Below, piece after piece: positions 17,466 to 26,387 of a DNA stretch of 64,000 bases (position 1 is the first letter of the stretch; each line of letters begins with the position of its first letter). The stretch spans positions 346,105-410,104 of the forward strand of contig CBDAOL010000012.1 in assembly GCA_965198045.1 (NCBI GenBank), read 5' to 3'. This DNA is from Dehalococcoidia bacterium (GTDB lineage Bacteria; Chloroflexota; Dehalococcoidia; UBA2979). The position numbers were made by a program, and so were the translations under genes. The notes under the pieces were generated by a model. That model ran no database searches. It was not told where the DNA came from and worked only from the letters and a program-made list of their open reading frames with translations.

Positions 17466-18995
17466 CTAATGGGCGATCGCCTGGGCTCGGGTCTCGCGGA
17501 CGACCGTCACGCGGATCTCGCCGGGGTACTGCATCGTCTCCTCGATCTGCTTCGACACGTCGCGCGCCAGCCGCGCCGCGGCGAGGTCATCAACGACCTC
17601 TGGTTCGACGATGACCCGTACCTCGCGACCCGCCTGCACGGCGAAGGATCGCTGGACGCCCTCGAACGAGTTCGCGATCGCCTCCAGGGCTTCGAGACGG
17701 CGCACGTATTCCTCGCTGGACTCGCGGCGTGCGCCGGGGCGGCTGCCGGAAATGGCGTCGGCGATGATTACGATCACCGCCTCGGTGGTCTCGGGCTTGA
17801 CCTCTTCGTGGTGCGCCTCGATGCAGTGCACGACATCGCGCGGGATGCCGAAGCGGCGAGCGATGTCGGCGCCGATGCGCGCGTGTGGGCCCTCGAGTTC
17901 GCGATCCACTGCCTTGCCGAGGTCGTGCAACAGTCCGCCGGCGCGGCAGACCTCGACGTCCGCCCCCAGCTCGTGCGCCAGGGCGGCGGCCAGCCAGGAC
18001 GTTTCGATGCTGTGGCGCAGCTGGTTCTGGCCGTACGAGAAGCGAAAGCGCAGCCGTCCGAGGTGCTTCACCACCTCCGGATGCAGGCCCTGCACTTCGG
18101 CGTCGACTGTGGCCTCCTGGCCGGCCTGCTCGATCTGGTCGTCGATCTCGCTGCGCGCGCGCTCGACGGCCTCCTCGATGCGCGTGGGCTGGATACGACC
18201 GTCCTGGATCAACCGGGCGAGGGCGACACGGGCGATCTCCCGGCGTACCGGATCGAAGCCCGAGACTGTCACCAGCTCCGGCGTGTCGTCGATGATGAGG
18301 TCGCAGCCGGTGGCTGCCTCGAAGGCACGGATGTTGCGGCCTTCTCGGCCGATGATGCGCCCCTTGAGGTCGTCCGACGGGATGGGCAGGACACTCACCG
18401 TCGTCTCAGCCGTGACCTCCGAGGTGAGTCGCTGCATGACCGTCGCCAGCGTCTTACGTGCGCGCGTGTCCGCCTCGGCCTGCGCCGACGCTTCCATAGC
18501 GCGCACTCGCCGTCCGGACTCGTCGCGCAGCTCCACGTCGAGGCTGGACAACAGCTGCTCGCGCGCCTCCTCGGTGGTCAGGCGGGCGATACGCTCGAGG
18601 TCTGCTCGCGCCTGCTCCTCCGCCTGGTTCGACTCGTCCTCGCGGCGCTCGACCTGCTCTGCACGGTCGCGCAGCGATTGCTCACCACGGTCGAGGGTCT
18701 CGGCGCGGCGTTCGATCGCCTCCTCGCGCTGTTCGAGGCGGCGCTCCACGCGACCGAACTCGCGGCGTTCGTTGCGCAGTTCCTCCTCAGCCGCTTCGCG
18801 TCGTTCGAGGGCGCGTCGTTCAGCCTCGAGCTCCTGCGACTCGACACGACGTCGCGCCTCATCGAGGACCCGCTCGGCTTCCGTCTCGGCGCCGGCGAGC
18901 GCACTCGATGCGGAACGTTTCTGATAGACATAAGTACCGGCGATGCCGACGACGAACGCGCCGATCCCGACGATCGCGATGACCAGCGACTCCAT
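17466..18995 (-). CDS. rny: Ribonuclease Y
   Basis: N-terminal TM, a long coiled-coil, a KH domain (…LKGRIIGREGRNIRAFE…) and an HD domain (…LLHDLGKA…). 509 aa. Confidence 0.9.
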   Translation of the reverse strand: MESLVIAIVGIGAFVVGIAGTYVYQKRSASSALAGAETEAERVLDEARRRVESQELEAERRALERREAAEEELRNERREFGRVERRLEQREEAIERRAETLDRGEQSLRDRAEQVERREDESNQAEEQARADLERIARLTTEEAREQLLSSLDVELRDESGRRVRAMEASAQAEADTRARKTLATVMQRLTSEVTAETTVSVLPIPSDDLKGRIIGREGRNIRAFEAATGCDLIIDDTPELVTVSGFDPVRREIARVALARLIQDGRIQPTRIEEAVERARSEIDDQIEQAGQEATVDAEVQGLHPEVVKHLGRLRFRFSYGQNQLRHSIETSWLAAALAHELGADVEVCRAGGLLHDLGKAVDRELEGPHARIGADIARRFGIPRDVVHCIEAHHEEVKPETTEAVIVIIADAISGSRPGARRESSEEYVRRLEALEAIANSFEGVQRSFAVQAGREVRVIVEPEVVDDLAAARLARDVSKQIEETMQYPGEIRVTVVRETRAQAIAH

Positions 18996-19163
18996 GGGAG
19001 CACTCTCCGTCGGGCGGCTGACCCCGGGCGCCGCACACCGCGACCGCTGGCCGCGACGGTGTCGCCGAATGGTCGATAACTCGTTAACCGTGACGACCAG
19101 CGGACCGGTCGACGCGGCGCGCTCATCGTAGCACCACGTTGCCGGGCGGCCGGGGCGGCGTCG

Positions 19164-20612
19164 CTACTCGTACCCCGGCGGTGGCTGAAACCCGCCCGTC
19201 ACGTCGGCCAGGCGACGCGCGAAGTCGATCGGCGTGCGGTCCTCGAGGTGCGGACCAACGATCTGCATGCCGACGGGCAGGCCGTCTTCGCTGAGCCCGA
19301 TCGGTGCCACGGTTGCCGGGAGGTAGGCCATCGTGATCAGCCCAACCCAGCTCAGCTGGTCGAAGTAGTTGCGGTCCTCCCCGTTGATGGGGATGGTCCG
19401 TTCCTGCGCCGGACTGTGGTCGTGCTCGATCGCAGTCACCGGCGTGACCGGCATCAACAGCACGTCGTACTCGCGGAAGAAGTGTGACCACTCGTATCGG
19501 ATCTGCTCCCGCTTCTCGTTGAGGAAGAGCCACTCCCGGTGGCGCTGGGCGCCGTTGCGCTGAACGGCCGGTGGCTCCTCGTCGTCTTCCGAGGGCAATG
19601 CGTCCTCGACGGTCGTCGCACCCTCGAGGATCTCGCCGGTGAGCCCGCGACCGCCGTTGCCGGCCAGCAACGAGCGGTACACGCGGTTCGTCTCAGCGAA
19701 ATCGATACCCGGGCGGGCGGCCTCGTCCACCTCGACGCCGGCGGCGCGCAGGGCGCCGACCGTCGCCTCAAGGGGGGCCAGCACGGCCGCGTCGACGCTG
19801 CAGGCCGCGTCGTCGAGCCATGCAGCCACACGGTAGCCACGCAGCGTGGCGCGCCGCGGGGGCGGCAGCTCGAGGCGCCAGGCGGCCGACATGTCGGCCT
19901 CCGGTCCGGCCACGATCGACAGCTCCAGATCGAGATCCTCGGCGCTACGTCCGAGGGGCCCGGCGACGGACAGGTCGCCGACGGCCATGAACCCGGGCGG
20001 CTGCACGCGCTTGCGAGGCACGATGCCGAAGGTGGGCTTGTGTCCGTAGATGCCGCTGTAGTGAGCGGGGTTGCGGATGGAGCCACCAATGTCGCTGCCG
20101 AGGTCGAGCGCGCTCATGCCCGTCGCCAGCGCCACGGCCGTGCCTCCCGATGAACCGCCCGGGGCACGCGTCTGGTCCCATGGGTTGTTCGTCGTCCCGT
20201 AGACGTCGTTGTAGGTCTGCACGTCCATGCCGTTGAGCGGTGAGTTCGTCACGCCGAAGACCACTGCTCCCGCCGCCACGAGCCGGTCGACGGCCGGTGC
20301 ATTGGCCTCGGCGATCCGCTCCGCGAACTGCGGATCGCCGGAGGTCCAGGGGAAGCCCTTCGTCTCGAACAACTCCTTGATGGTCATCGGCAGGCCGTGG
20401 AGCGGGCCCCACAGCTCGCCCCGACCGAGCGCCGCGTCGGCCTCATCGGCGCGGGCGCGGGCCGTGTCGACGTCGGTCGCGACGATCGCGTTCAGCGCCG
20501 GGTTGAAGCGCTCCACGCGTTCGACGTAGTGCTCGAGGAGCTCCCGCGAGCCGATCTCCCGGCTGCGGAGTATCCCGGCCAGTTCAACCGCGGGTCGGAG
20601 AGCGATGTCCAT
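19164..20612 (-). CDS. Amidase-signature family amidase
   Basis: …GGSSGGTAVALATGMSALDLGSDIGGSIRNPA… is the canonical amidase-signature GGSS[GS]G…G[ST]D.GGS.R.P segment. 482 aa. Confidence 0.85.
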   Translation of the reverse strand: MDIALRPAVELAGILRSREIGSRELLEHYVERVERFNPALNAIVATDVDTARARADEADAALGRGELWGPLHGLPMTIKELFETKGFPWTSGDPQFAERIAEANAPAVDRLVAAGAVVFGVTNSPLNGMDVQTYNDVYGTTNNPWDQTRAPGGSSGGTAVALATGMSALDLGSDIGGSIRNPAHYSGIYGHKPTFGIVPRKRVQPPGFMAVGDLSVAGPLGRSAEDLDLELSIVAGPEADMSAAWRLELPPPRRATLRGYRVAAWLDDAACSVDAAVLAPLEATVGALRAAGVEVDEAARPGIDFAETNRVYRSLLAGNGGRGLTGEILEGATTVEDALPSEDDEEPPAVQRNGAQRHREWLFLNEKREQIRYEWSHFFREYDVLLMPVTPVTAIEHDHSPAQERTIPINGEDRNYFDQLSWVGLITMAYLPATVAPIGLSEDGLPVGMQIVGPHLEDRTPIDFARRLADVTGGFQPPPGYE

Positions 20613-20702
20613 GCTGTCGTCCGGATGATGCGGCTTAACGACGGTCGTCGCCTCGCGTGGCCGAGATGATAGCTGGCGTGCCGGTGCGTGCCCGTGGGCG
20701 AC

Positions 20703-21326
20703 TCAGTCGATGTCTATGTCGACCGCCAGCACCTCGGCGATCGCGCGCCGTGTCACGTCGTAGCTGAAGCCACGGCGCTGGAGGTAGCCGTACAACCGCT
20801 GCCGCCGGAGGTCCGGTTCGAGTCGGCGCAGGCTCGGGACGCGCCGTCGAGCCGTGGCGATCGCCGCCGCTGCTTCGTCGAGGTTGTCTGTGGCTGCCTC
20901 GACGTGCTCGCGGGGGACGCCGCGGCGCACGAGGTCCTGGCGCAAGCGTCGGGCGCCGAGCCGTCCGCGGCGCGCCTCGACGAACTCGGTCGCCCAGCGG
21001 GCGTCGTCCAGGTAGCCGAGCTGCCGCAGACGATCGACTGCGGTGTCGATCTCCTCGTCTGCGAACTGACGCCGGAGGCGCTGCCGCAGCTCATGTTCCG
21101 TGTGCGAGCGGCGCGAGAGCGACGCGAGTGCACGCTCGAGGGCGAGTCGTCGCCGACCGGTGGCCCGCAGCTCCGCCCATTCGCTCTCCTCAAGGGCGAC
21201 GCCTTCTGATAGCGCGCGCGCCTCGACGGGCTCGCGCGCGAGGAGATGCTCGCCCGGTTCGCCGGCCAGCTGGATGGCGATGGCGCCGCGGCGGCGCGTG
21301 ATCGACGTGACGGTCGGCATAACCAC
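20703..21326 (-). CDS. recX: Regulatory protein RecX
   Basis: 207 aa. Directly downstream of recA with 15-bp spacing. Arg/Leu-rich three-helix-repeat composition; RecX-like (…RSHTEHELRQRLRRQ…). Confidence 0.8.
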   Translation of the reverse strand: MVMPTVTSITRRRGAIAIQLAGEPGEHLLAREPVEARALSEGVALEESEWAELRATGRRRLALERALASLSRRSHTEHELRQRLRRQFADEEIDTAVDRLRQLGYLDDARWATEFVEARRGRLGARRLRQDLVRRGVPREHVEAATDNLDEAAAAIATARRRVPSLRRLEPDLRRQRLYGYLQRRGFSYDVTRRAIAEVLAVDIDID

Positions 21327-21341
21327 GACCCTCGTCGAGGA

Positions 21342-22466
21342 CTATGCGTCGATCGAGAGCTGCTCGGCCTCGGCTTCGGCCTCAGCGGCCACGGACTCGG
21401 CCTCCGCCTCGACGGCGGTCGGAGCCTCGTCCGGCTTGCCTACGGGCATGGCGTTGATCCCGGCGGCTTCCCGCACGAGGTTTTCGACCTCGTCGCGGAG
21501 GTCGAGGTGCTCGCGCATGAAGTCGCACGAGTTCATGCGCCCCTGGCCGAGGCGCTGGTCGCCGTACGAGTAGAACGAGCCGAGCTTGCGCACGATCTCG
21601 TGCTCCACGGCGAGGTCGAGGATGTCTCCCTCGCGGTTAATACCGTGCTGGTCGCCGGTGAACATGATGTCGAACTCGGCCATTCGGAAGGGCGGCGCGA
21701 CTTTGTTCTTGACGACCTTGCAGCGCACGCGGTTGCCGATGAACGTTTGGCCGTCTTTCAGCGACTCGATGCGGCGGATGTCGATGCGCACGGAGGAGTA
21801 GAACTTGAGCGCGCGGCCACCCGGGGTGGTCTCCGGGTTCCCGAAGACGACGCCAATCTTCTCGCGCAGCTGGTTGATGAAAATGAGTGCGGTGTCGGTG
21901 CGAGCGACTGCCGCGGTCAGCTTACGCAGTGCCTGCGACATCAACCGCGCCTGCAGGCCCGGCAGGGAGTCGCCCATGTCGCCTTCGATCTCCGCGCGCG
22001 GGACGAGTGCCGCGACCGAGTCGATGACCACCGCCTCGACGGCGCCCGAGCGGATCAGCGCCTCGCAGATTTCGAGCGCCTGTTCGCCGGTGTCGGGCTG
22101 CGACACGAGCAGCTCGTCGACGTCGATGCCACAGGCGGCGGCGTACTCCGGGTCGAGTGCGTGTTCGACGTCGATGTAAGCCGTCGTCCCGGTCTTCTGC
22201 GCCTCCGCGATAATGTGCTGCGCCAGCGTGGACTTGCCCGCCGATTCGGGACCGAAGATCTCGGTGACACGCCCGCGAGGCAGGCCGCCGATGCCCAGCG
22301 CGATATCGAGGGAGAGTGACCCGGTTGGGATGGCGGAGACGTTCATCGCTGCCTCGGGATCGCCGAGACGCATGATCGCGCCCTTGCCGAAGTCCTTCGT
22401 GATCTGTTCGAGGGCCTTCTCGAGGGTGTCGGGGTGTTCCTTCGGTTGCTTCTTCTTGGCGGCCAT
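21342..22466 (-). CDS. recA: Recombinase RecA
   Basis: Walker [12 protein letters not shown] plus strong RecA identity throughout (…[36 protein letters not shown]…, ...[14 protein letters not shown]…). Real start is MAAKKKQ (cat at 22464..22466). The track's 39-codon upstream extension is junk. Confidence 0.95.
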   Translation of the reverse strand: MAAKKKQPKEHPDTLEKALEQITKDFGKGAIMRLGDPEAAMNVSAIPTGSLSLDIALGIGGLPRGRVTEIFGPESAGKSTLAQHIIAEAQKTGTTAYIDVEHALDPEYAAACGIDVDELLVSQPDTGEQALEICEALIRSGAVEAVVIDSVAALVPRAEIEGDMGDSLPGLQARLMSQALRKLTAAVARTDTALIFINQLREKIGVVFGNPETTPGGRALKFYSSVRIDIRRIESLKDGQTFIGNRVRCKVVKNKVAPPFRMAEFDIMFTGDQHGINREGDILDLAVEHEIVRKLGSFYSYGDQRLGQGRMNSCDFMREHLDLRDEVENLVREAAGINAMPVGKPDEAPTAVEAEAESVAAEAEAEAEQLSIDA

Positions 22467-22585
22467 GGCGTGTCCCTGTTTCGTTCCGTCGTACCGGTTC
22501 TTCTTGTCTCGTGCCCTCGCTCCAGAACGCCTGTGGCTCGTGCCACGCTGGCCGCTGTGCAGCCCCCACCGCGTTCCGAACACTA

Positions 22586-22601
22586 GTAGAACGCCCGTTC
22601 T
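22586..22601. promoter_or_regulatory. Cheo-box-type LexA (SOS) operator TAGAAC-GCCC-GTTCTA upstream of recA
   Basis: Perfect GAAC-N4-GTTC palindrome extended to AGTAGAACG/CGTTCTACT, about 120 bp upstream of the recA start. This matches the Gram-positive/actinobacterial LexA-box consensus. Confidence 0.7.
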
Positions 22602-22728
22602 ACTGTCAAGCCGGCCGAACGGGCGGACGTGAGTGGTGCCTCGATCCTACGCCGAAGATCGGATCACGTGCGTGTGCAGTATGGAACTCTGGCGTGATAG
22701 AAATCTCGCGCCAACCGTGTCTCGAGGG

Positions 22729-23307
22729 CTACTCGAAGTGGGGCGCGAAGTCCGGATTCGCGGCTGCGAACTCCTCGGCGGTGATGCCGAATAGCACCTC
22801 GTCGAAGTAGCGGCCGCCGGTCAGATACGCGCGCCGTCGCCGGCCCTCCTCGACGAACCCGAGCTGCTCATGCATGACGAGCGAGGGCGCGTTGAACTCA
22901 TAGACCTCGGCGTGACCTTTCTGGAAGCCCAGTTCGCCGAAGTAGTAGCGCAGCAGGATGCGCACGGCGTCGCGGGCGTACCCGCGGCGACGGTGCTCGG
23001 CGAAGATGCCGATCCCGTACCAGAAGACGCCGCTGCGGGGGTCGGTGCGCGAGGCGCTCAGCGAGCCGACGATCTCTCCCTCGGCCGACTCGATCACGAA
23101 GCTGCGGTCGCGTCCGTCACGGTTGAGCGCGTGTTCTTCAACCCACTTCTTCGTCGCCGCGGCGGACTGAGGCGGCGTGACCCACCAGCCGGCGCGGGCC
23201 ATCTCCGTGTCCTGGTCGTGGCTCCAGAACGTTTCCCAGTCGTCCGTCTCGTGCGCACGCAACCGCACGAGGTCTCCGCGGAACAGGTTCGGCAGCTCTT
23301 CGGTCAT
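22729..23307 (-). CDS. GNAT-family N-acetyltransferase (RimJ/RimL-like)
   Basis: …FAEHRRRGYARDAVRILLRYYFGELGFQKGHAEVYEFNAPSLVMHEQLGF… is an acetyl-CoA-binding GNAT core. Start is MTEELPNLF (cat at 23305..23307) with a GAGGGGGA RBS. Confidence 0.8.
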   Translation of the reverse strand: MTEELPNLFRGDLVRLRAHETDDWETFWSHDQDTEMARAGWWVTPPQSAAATKKWVEEHALNRDGRDRSFVIESAEGEIVGSLSASRTDPRSGVFWYGIGIFAEHRRRGYARDAVRILLRYYFGELGFQKGHAEVYEFNAPSLVMHEQLGFVEEGRRRRAYLTGGRYFDEVLFGITAEEFAAANPDFAPHFE

Positions 23308-23358
23308 GTGTCCCCCTCGACGTTGTGCGGGTCCACGCCGAGGGGCGAGCATAGGGCG

Positions 23359-23637
23359 ATGCCACGCCCGGACACAGCGCGCGCGCTGCTCGACGTTCGA
23401 CTCACCCCTCGTGCTTCGCGTGGCAGCGTCGAGGTCGACGGCGACCTCGTGCGGGTGCGCGTCACGGCGCCGCCCGTTGACGGTCGCGCGAACGCCGCGC
23501 TGGTCGAACTGCTGGCCAAGCGCCTCGGCGTCCCGAAGCGCGATGTGGCGATCGTGCGCGGGCTGTCGTCGAGGACGAAGCGCGTGGCGGTCGAGGGGAT
23601 GACGGTCGCTGAAGCCTTCGAACGGCTTCGCGCCTAG
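23359..23637 (+). CDS. DUF167 (YggU) family protein
   Basis: 92 aa. …VRVRVTAPPVDGRANAALVELLAKRLGVPKRDVAIVRGLSSRTKRVAVEG… matches the YggU/DUF167 consensus (…AppveGkAN.al..fLak.l…v.i..G..sr.K…). Confidence 0.75.
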   Translation: MPRPDTARALLDVRLTPRASRGSVEVDGDLVRVRVTAPPVDGRANAALVELLAKRLGVPKRDVAIVRGLSSRTKRVAVEGMTVAEAFERLRA

Positions 23638-23643
23638 GGCGGA

Positions 23644-23895
23644 TCAGCCCTGATAGTCGGTCAGGACACCCGCGATGATGAAGAGCGTGATGATCGCGAC
23701 CATCGGGCTGATGTCGATCATCCCGATCCGCGGGATGATCCGGCGCAGCGGTTCGAGCACCGGATCGGTGATCGCCTCGAGGGCCCGCACGACCGGGCCG
23801 CCGCGGTCGATGGGGAACCAGGAGATGATGGCGCGCGCGAAAATAGCGAACGCCAGCAGCTGTACCAGCAAACCGACGCCCTGAACGACTTCTAC
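23644..23895 (-). CDS. yggT: YggT-family membrane protein
   Basis: …LLVQLLAFAIFARAIISWFPIDRGGPVVRALEAITDPVLEPLRRIIPRIGMIDISPMVAIITLFI… fits the YggT pattern. Probable GTG start near 23895; the track ORF start at 23949 would overlap proC by 50 nt. Confidence 0.65.
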   Translation of the reverse strand, partial: VEVVQGVGLLVQLLAFAIFARAIISWFPIDRGGPVVRALEAITDPVLEPLRRIIPRIGMIDISPMVAIITLFIIAGVLTDYQG

Positions 23896-23899
23896 CAAG

Positions 23900-24709
23900 C
23901 TATGCCCCCAGCTCTCTGCCTCGATTATATGCGGCCTCGATGGCAGCATCGAAAGCTGCGCGTGCGGCGTGCGCGTCGAGTGCCGCGAGCCCCGCGGCGG
24001 TGGTGCCGCCGGGCGAGGTGACGGCGTTGCGCAGCTCGGCGAGCGTCTCGTCGCTCTCGCGCGCCCAACGCGCCGTGCCCTCGAACGTCGCGAGCGCGAG
24101 CGCTTCGGCGTCGGGGCGTTTGAGGCCGAGCCGAATGGCGGCGTCGATCATCGCCTCCATCGCCAGCAGGACAAAGGCCGGTCCGCTGCCGTGGAGCGCC
24201 GTGCCGACATCGATCAGCGCGTCGCTATCCACCTCGACGACCGCGCTCGCGACCGCGCCGAGGATCTCCTGCACGTGCGCACGTTGCGCCTCGCTGACGG
24301 CCGGGGCGACGAAGTAGGCGGCCGCGCCCGCACCGACCGAGGCGGGCAAATTCGGCATCACACGCACCACCGCTTCGTGTTGCGTGCGTTCGCGCAGCTC
24401 GCCGAGTGTGATGCCGGCGGCGATCGAGATTACGACTGCGTCGGAGGGGATATCGCCAGCCATCTCCTCGGCGACCGTCGCGAAGTCCTGCGGTTTCACG
24501 GCAATCAGCACGACATCCGCCGCCGCGAGAGAGTCGGCGGCGTTCGCGGTGACCGATACGCTGTAGCGCTCCGCCAGTTCGAGGCGACGCGCGGGGAAGA
24601 TCTCGGCGACGGTCACGGTGTTGGGCTCGGCTACCTCGGCGCGCAGCATCCCGGCGAGAAAGCCCTCGCCCATCTTCCCGCCGCCGACGAGGGCGACGCG
24701 CAGCGCCAT
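23900..24709 (-). CDS. proC: Pyrroline-5-carboxylate reductase
   Basis: N-terminal Rossmann fold VALVGGGKMGEGFLAGM and a P5CR C-terminal dimerisation domain (…TSPGGTTAAGLAAL…). Confidence 0.9.
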   Translation of the reverse strand: MALRVALVGGGKMGEGFLAGMLRAEVAEPNTVTVAEIFPARRLELAERYSVSVTANAADSLAAADVVLIAVKPQDFATVAEEMAGDIPSDAVVISIAAGITLGELRERTQHEAVVRVMPNLPASVGAGAAAYFVAPAVSEAQRAHVQEILGAVASAVVEVDSDALIDVGTALHGSGPAFVLLAMEAMIDAAIRLGLKRPDAEALALATFEGTARWARESDETLAELRNAVTSPGGTTAAGLAALDAHAARAAFDAAIEAAYNRGRELGA

Positions 24710-25401
24710 CAGCGCGCCCGTTCCTGCCGCGGCCCAAAGATCGCGCGACCGACGCGGACCACGGTCGCGCCCTCTTCGATCGCGACTTCGAAGTCGTCGG
24801 TCATGCCCATCGAGAGGCCGTCGAGGCCGTGTGCAGCGGCGAGCGTGGCCAGCTCGCGGAATAGCGTGCGCAGGTCCTCGGGGTCGTCGGCCTGCGGCGC
24901 GACGGTCATGAGGCCGCGCAGCTCCACCGCCTCGCTTTGTCGCGCAGCCTCGAGGATCGGTGCGACGTCGGAGGGCGCGAGGCCGTGCTTCTGCGCCTCG
25001 CCGCCAATGTTGACCTCGACGTAGCAGTCGCGGGGGCGCATGCCCTCGGAGCGGCGCTCGATTTCCGTGAGGAGGCGCTCGGAGTCCAGCGAGTGGAGGA
25101 CAGCGATGTGGGCCAGCACCTGGCGCACCTTGTTTCGCTGGAGGTGCCCGACGAAGTGCCAGCGCGGCTCCAGGCCTGCCTCGGCGGCCGTCTCGGCCTT
25201 CGGCGCGAACTCCTGTGCCCGATTTTCGCCTAGATCGACGAGGCCGGCGTCGAGGGCATCCCGCACGGCCTCGACGCCATGCGTCTTCGACACGCCGACC
25301 AGCTGCACCCCGGTGGGATCGCGGTCAACGCGGTCACAGGCCGCGTGGATGCGCGCCCGCACCTCGGCGAGCCGCAGGGCGAGCTGAGTGATTGTGATCA
25401 T
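24709..25401 (-). CDS. yggS: YggS-family pyridoxal-phosphate homeostasis protein
   Basis: …LVGVSKTHGVEAVRDALDAGLVDLGENRAQE… and …WHFVGHLQRNKV… match the YggS/PLPHP consensus. 230 aa. Confidence 0.9.
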   Translation of the reverse strand: MITITQLALRLAEVRARIHAACDRVDRDPTGVQLVGVSKTHGVEAVRDALDAGLVDLGENRAQEFAPKAETAAEAGLEPRWHFVGHLQRNKVRQVLAHIAVLHSLDSERLLTEIERRSEGMRPRDCYVEVNIGGEAQKHGLAPSDVAPILEAARQSEAVELRGLMTVAPQADDPEDLRTLFRELATLAAAHGLDGLSMGMTDDFEVAIEEGATVVRVGRAIFGPRQERAR

Positions 25402-26300
25402 ACCACCAAGTGTAGTGCGCTGATTGATGCGATCGACTGTGCTGACGCGGCTACGGAGCCTCTGCGGTCACCACCCACGTCGCTGAGTCGGTCTGCACGC
25501 CCTCGGGGCCGAGGTGGTCCGCGAGCACGTCTCCGATCGAGCCTCGGATCGCGGCCGCCAGCTCCGGGTCGCGCTCGTCGAGGCCCGGCGACCCCGGGGT
25601 TGAGGGTGTACATGAAGTCAACCGCCTCCTCGAGCGTGTCGCCGAGCTGGACCTGGAGCCGCACGTCCTGGAGGTTCACCTCGGCGTAACCTGCTTCGCC
25701 GAGGATGCTGCGGACGCGCTCAGGGTCGGCGAGCGAGAGCGGCCCGGGCGCGGTGGGGTCGCCGCCCATGGGAAACTCGATGTGCTGCCGCGCCGCCATG
25801 ATCGGCTTCGATACCCAGGGGTTGTCCGCCGCGCCCTGCCAGCAGGAGAAGACCATGCGCCCGCCGGCACGCAAGCCCGAGCGGAGATTGGCGAAGGCAG
25901 CGACCGGGTCCGCGAAGAACATCACGCCGAAGCGCGAGAAGATGAGGTCGTAGGCGTCCGCCTCGAACGCATGCGCCTGCGCGTCGGCGGTGAGGAACGA
26001 GATGTTCGAGGCGCCTGCCGCTTCGGCACGTGCGCTGGCCGCGTCGACCATGGTCTGGCTGAGGTCGAGCGCGACGACCACGCCATCGGGCGCAACCGCT
26101 GCGGCCAGCGGCACTGCGGTGGTGCCGGTGCCGCAGCCAACGTCGAGGACGCGCTTGCCCGGCTGCGCTGCGGCCACATCGAGGGCGCTCTGGCCATGCT
26201 CCGCAACCTGAGCGTCGAGCTGGTCCTGCATTGCGGCCCAGATGGGGCCGACGTTGGCCCAGAACTTGGCCTGCGGTTCGTTGCCCGGGGCGATCTGCAT
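25398..26300 (-). CDS. Class I SAM-dependent methyltransferase with an apparent frameshift near a CCCCGGGG homopolymer (C-terminus probably in another frame, ending ~25451)
   Basis: Motif I VLDVGCGTGT plus a methyltransferase core. After …AVDFMYTLNPG (about 25600) the annotated frame becomes Arg-rich junk. The +1 frame gives protein-like …PGLDERDPELAAAIRGSIGDVLADHLGPEGVQTDSATWVVTAEAP ending with a stop at 25451..25453. Confidence 0.65.
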   Translation of the reverse strand: MQIAPGNEPQAKFWANVGPIWAAMQDQLDAQVAEHGQSALDVAAAQPGKRVLDVGCGTGTTAVPLAAAVAPDGVVVALDLSQTMVDAASARAEAAGASNISFLTADAQAHAFEADAYDLIFSRFGVMFFADPVAAFANLRSGLRAGGRMVFSCWQGAADNPWVSKPIMAARQHIEFPMGGDPTAPGPLSLADPERVRSILGEAGYAEVNLQDVRLQVQLGDTLEEAVDFMYTLNPGVAGPRRARPGAGGRDPRLDRRRARGPPRPRGRADRLSDVGGDRRGSVAASAQSIASISALHLVV

Positions 26301-26387
26301 CGTGGCTCCTGACTGTCCGCACGCGGACGTGCGCCATGTGCGGCGGTGAGCCTACCGCATCTGCTTCAGGCGGTGTCGTGTGGTCTG

